Below, piece by piece: positions 62,330-64,000 of a stretch of DNA of 64,000 nucleotides (within the stretch, counting starts at the first letter, position 1; each line of letters opens with the position of its first letter). Both the position numbers and the translations under genes were made by a program. The notes under the pieces were generated by a model. That model was not told where the DNA came from. It ran no database searches and was given only the letters and a program-made list of their open reading frames with translations. Source of the DNA: Gemmatimonadota bacterium. Its GTDB lineage: Bacteria; Gemmatimonadota; Gemmatimonadetes; Gemmatimonadales; GWC2-71-9. The stretch spans positions 60,646 to 124,645 of the forward strand of contig JANYLJ010000056.1 in NCBI GenBank assembly GCA_025357945.1, in the 5' to 3' direction.

Positions 62330-64000
62330 TTCTCCATCCGGATGCCAACACGGATAATTCGCGGCTCGCCGCGGCGGCTCAACAATTGTCCGAACGACGG
62401 ATTCGCGATCAGGGGCAACACCGTGTGGCCGCTCGCGTCGATGGTGATGGAACCCTTCGGATTCACCAGCACCGCGGCGTGGTCGTACAGCCCGGTGGTA
62501 CTGCCGAGTATGCTGAAACCGTCAAGCGTCAGCGCCCAGCCGTGGCTGATGGTCAAGGCAGCGTGCAGGTCGAGCGCATGCACGGCGGGGTCGCGGCAGC
62601 TGTTGCGCGCCGCGATGGCACCCGCTTGCGAAGCGAGACAGGCGTGCGCCCCGCTGAGTTCGGTCATGCCGGGAATCGCCGATCCCACAAAGGCGGGATC
62701 GTTGTTGACCGATCCGTCGCCGTTGGCATCAACGCCGGAGCGGAAGCCGGGCGTGAACGGCAGACCGGAGCGGTATCGAAATCGCGCCGCGAGCGAAAGC
62801 CCGGTCCTGCCGGCCGCGCCATACGTCAGCGTCGCCGCCACGCGATGCGGAATGTCGAAGTCCGACCGCCCGTCTTCCCAGCGAGCGCCATTGAGTCCGT
62901 CGGGGAACGGCGAAAGTCGGTCGGCCGGATCGGCCGAGAGTTCGCCGGGAAGATTGTCCGTGGTGCGCGAGTAGGTGTATGAGAGCAACGCGCCAAACTG
63001 TTGCGAGAGGCGCCGCTCCAGCGTGACCGACGCCTCGTAGTAGTCGTTGTAGCCGGTGCTGCTGAGTCCGTACACAAAGTCGAATTCCGGAAAGCGCCGA
63101 TTGGATGCCACGGCGGCCGTGAGCAAGCCGCCGTACTGCTCGAGCGACCCGTAGATCGGGCGCTTGTCGCTGCCAATGGTCACATCGCCACCGACCCGGT
63201 TGAGGTCCTGGCGCTGCAACAGGTAGTCACTGTGCCGATAGCCGAGGGCGATGGTCAGGGTGGTGGCCGTCGCGACCTGTTGTGACAGCGACAAGTCCGT
63301 CTTGACCGCTCGCGGCAGTCGCACGTCGGGACCGAACATCGTCAGTGCCTGTCCGGCGCTGGTGCCGATGGCGGGACCAACCTGCGGCCAGGCCAGCGTA
63401 CCGGTGGCCCGCCGGACCTCGACGCCGCCGTCGAACTGGGCCGCCTCGGCCAAGGCCGCGAGATCGTATTGTCCGGGGACGACGCCGAACGCACCGCGCA
63501 ACGTCGTCCTGCCGCTCCCGCTCGGATCCCAGAAGAACCCGGCCCGGGGACCGAAGCCGCCACTTTTGGTGGTGCCGGGAAGAAGATTATTCTTCACATT
63601 GGCCACCCTGCCCCACGCCGCGTTGAAGGTGATCGCGTCGGCCGGCAGTGACTCGTGATCCAGGCGTACGCCGCCGAACAACTGCAGCGCCGGCGTCGCC
63701 TGCCAACTATCCTCGACCAGCACGCTGAGATCGTTGATGCCCAGGTCGGGTGTGGGCGTGGTGCGCAAAGTCTGGTAGAACGCGCCCCGTCCGGCAGTGA
63801 ACGTCGGCAGGTCGCCGAACAGAAAGCGCCCGGCGCTTCCCGGCAGCCAGTCGTATGTGACCTGGCGGTGCAGCACGGCGCCGCCGGCCTTGACCGTGTG
63901 GGCGCCGAGATGCAAGGCGACGGTTTCGGAGAAGTCGGCTGCCGTCTCGCGGAAGCTGCCTGGCAGGATGACCGCACCACCAATCGCGAACGCGTCGCCA
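62323..64000 (-). CDS. TonB-dependent receptor, C-terminal beta-barrel part (5' end beyond window)
   Basis: Track ORF 62323..63915 begins at an internal TTG. I checked that the frame stays open to position 64000. The beta-barrel-like sequence ends in ...RIIRVGIRMEKW, with a terminal aromatic residue. Confidence 0.8.
   Translation of the reverse strand, partial: GDAFAIGGAVILPGSFRETAADFSETVALHLGAHTVKAGGAVLHRQVTYDWLPGSAGRFLFGDLPTFTAGRGAFYQTLRTTPTPDLGINDLSVLVEDSWQATPALQLFGGVRLDHESLPADAITFNAAWGRVANVKNNLLPGTTKSGGFGPRAGFFWDPSGSGRTTLRGAFGVVPGQYDLAALAEAAQFDGGVEVRRATGTLAWPQVGPAIGTSAGQALTMFGPDVRLPRAVKTDLSLSQQVATATTLTIALGYRHSDYLLQRQDLNRVGGDVTIGSDKRPIYGSLEQYGGLLTAAVASNRRFPEFDFVYGLSSTGYNDYYEASVTLERRLSQQFGALLSYTYSRTTDNLPGELSADPADRLSPFPDGLNGARWEDGRSDFDIPHRVAATLTYGAAGRTGLSLAARFRYRSGLPFTPGFRSGVDANGDGSVNNDPAFVGSAIPGMTELSGAHACLASQAGAIAARNSCRDPAVHALDLHAALTISHGWALTLDGFSILGSTTGLYDHAAVLVNPKGSITIDASGHTVLPLIANPSFGQLLSRRGEPRIIRVGIRMEKW

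Overview
This is a GC-rich chromosomal window (about two-thirds G+C by eye) from a Gram-negative, probably environmental bacterium. The dispersed repeats and gene content remind me of Gemmatimonadota or Acidobacteriota, but that is memory-based inference only. I can support about 60 protein genes. I saw no rRNA, tRNA, CRISPR array, transposase or integrase.

Layout:
(i) 1-5.6 kb: a six-gene membrane-associated cluster (RDD / polytopic membrane protein / DUF4129 / DUF4350 / MoxR AAA+ / DUF58).
(ii) 5.6-29.3 kb: mostly housekeeping genes. These include an NhaP-type antiporter, an unusual tandem-duplicated malic enzyme, a fatty-acid desaturase, msrA, a pgl-gnd-zwf operon, an M50 protease, rho-ruvX-mltG, thiE, an rlmI-like gene, tdh-kbl, mpg and a NYN/LOTUS protein.
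(iii) 29.6-59.3 kb: a large exosortase/PEP-CTERM exopolysaccharide locus. It carries an NtrC-type sigma-54 activator with a soluble histidine kinase, a Wzc-like tyrosine autokinase and a Wza-like exporter. It also carries a priming sugar transferase, exosortase with EpsI, five glycosyltransferases, a CapK/F390-type ligase and a Wzy/O-antigen-ligase-like protein. A FemAB/GNAT-like protein, a 1372-aa S8 protease with seven tandem 106-aa repeats and one PEP-CTERM substrate complete it.
(iv) 59.3-64 kb: a lipoprotein, a VanZ-like membrane protein and a TonB-dependent receptor with a partner lipoprotein.

Most interesting observations:
- Sigma-54 type -24/-12 elements lie in front of several EPS-locus units, including back-to-back ones between the protease and the PEP-CTERM gene.
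- One polypeptide carries two malic-enzyme units, and the N-terminal unit has lost catalytic motifs.
- A heptanucleotide-based, 22-bp perfect inverted repeat is translated as the N-terminus of MltG.
- A dispersed palindromic repeat (TGTCATCCTGAGCG termini) has three units in the window.
- A strongly signalled 34-aa Lys/Ala/Arg-rich gene is absent from the ORF track.

Note on the ORF track: the first M can stand for GTG or TTG (checked at 3290, 4270 and 63915), and it reports the longest ORFs. I moved many starts downstream using overlaps, RBS-like sequence and where protein-family similarity begins. All function calls rest on motif recognition by eye. No searches were run.
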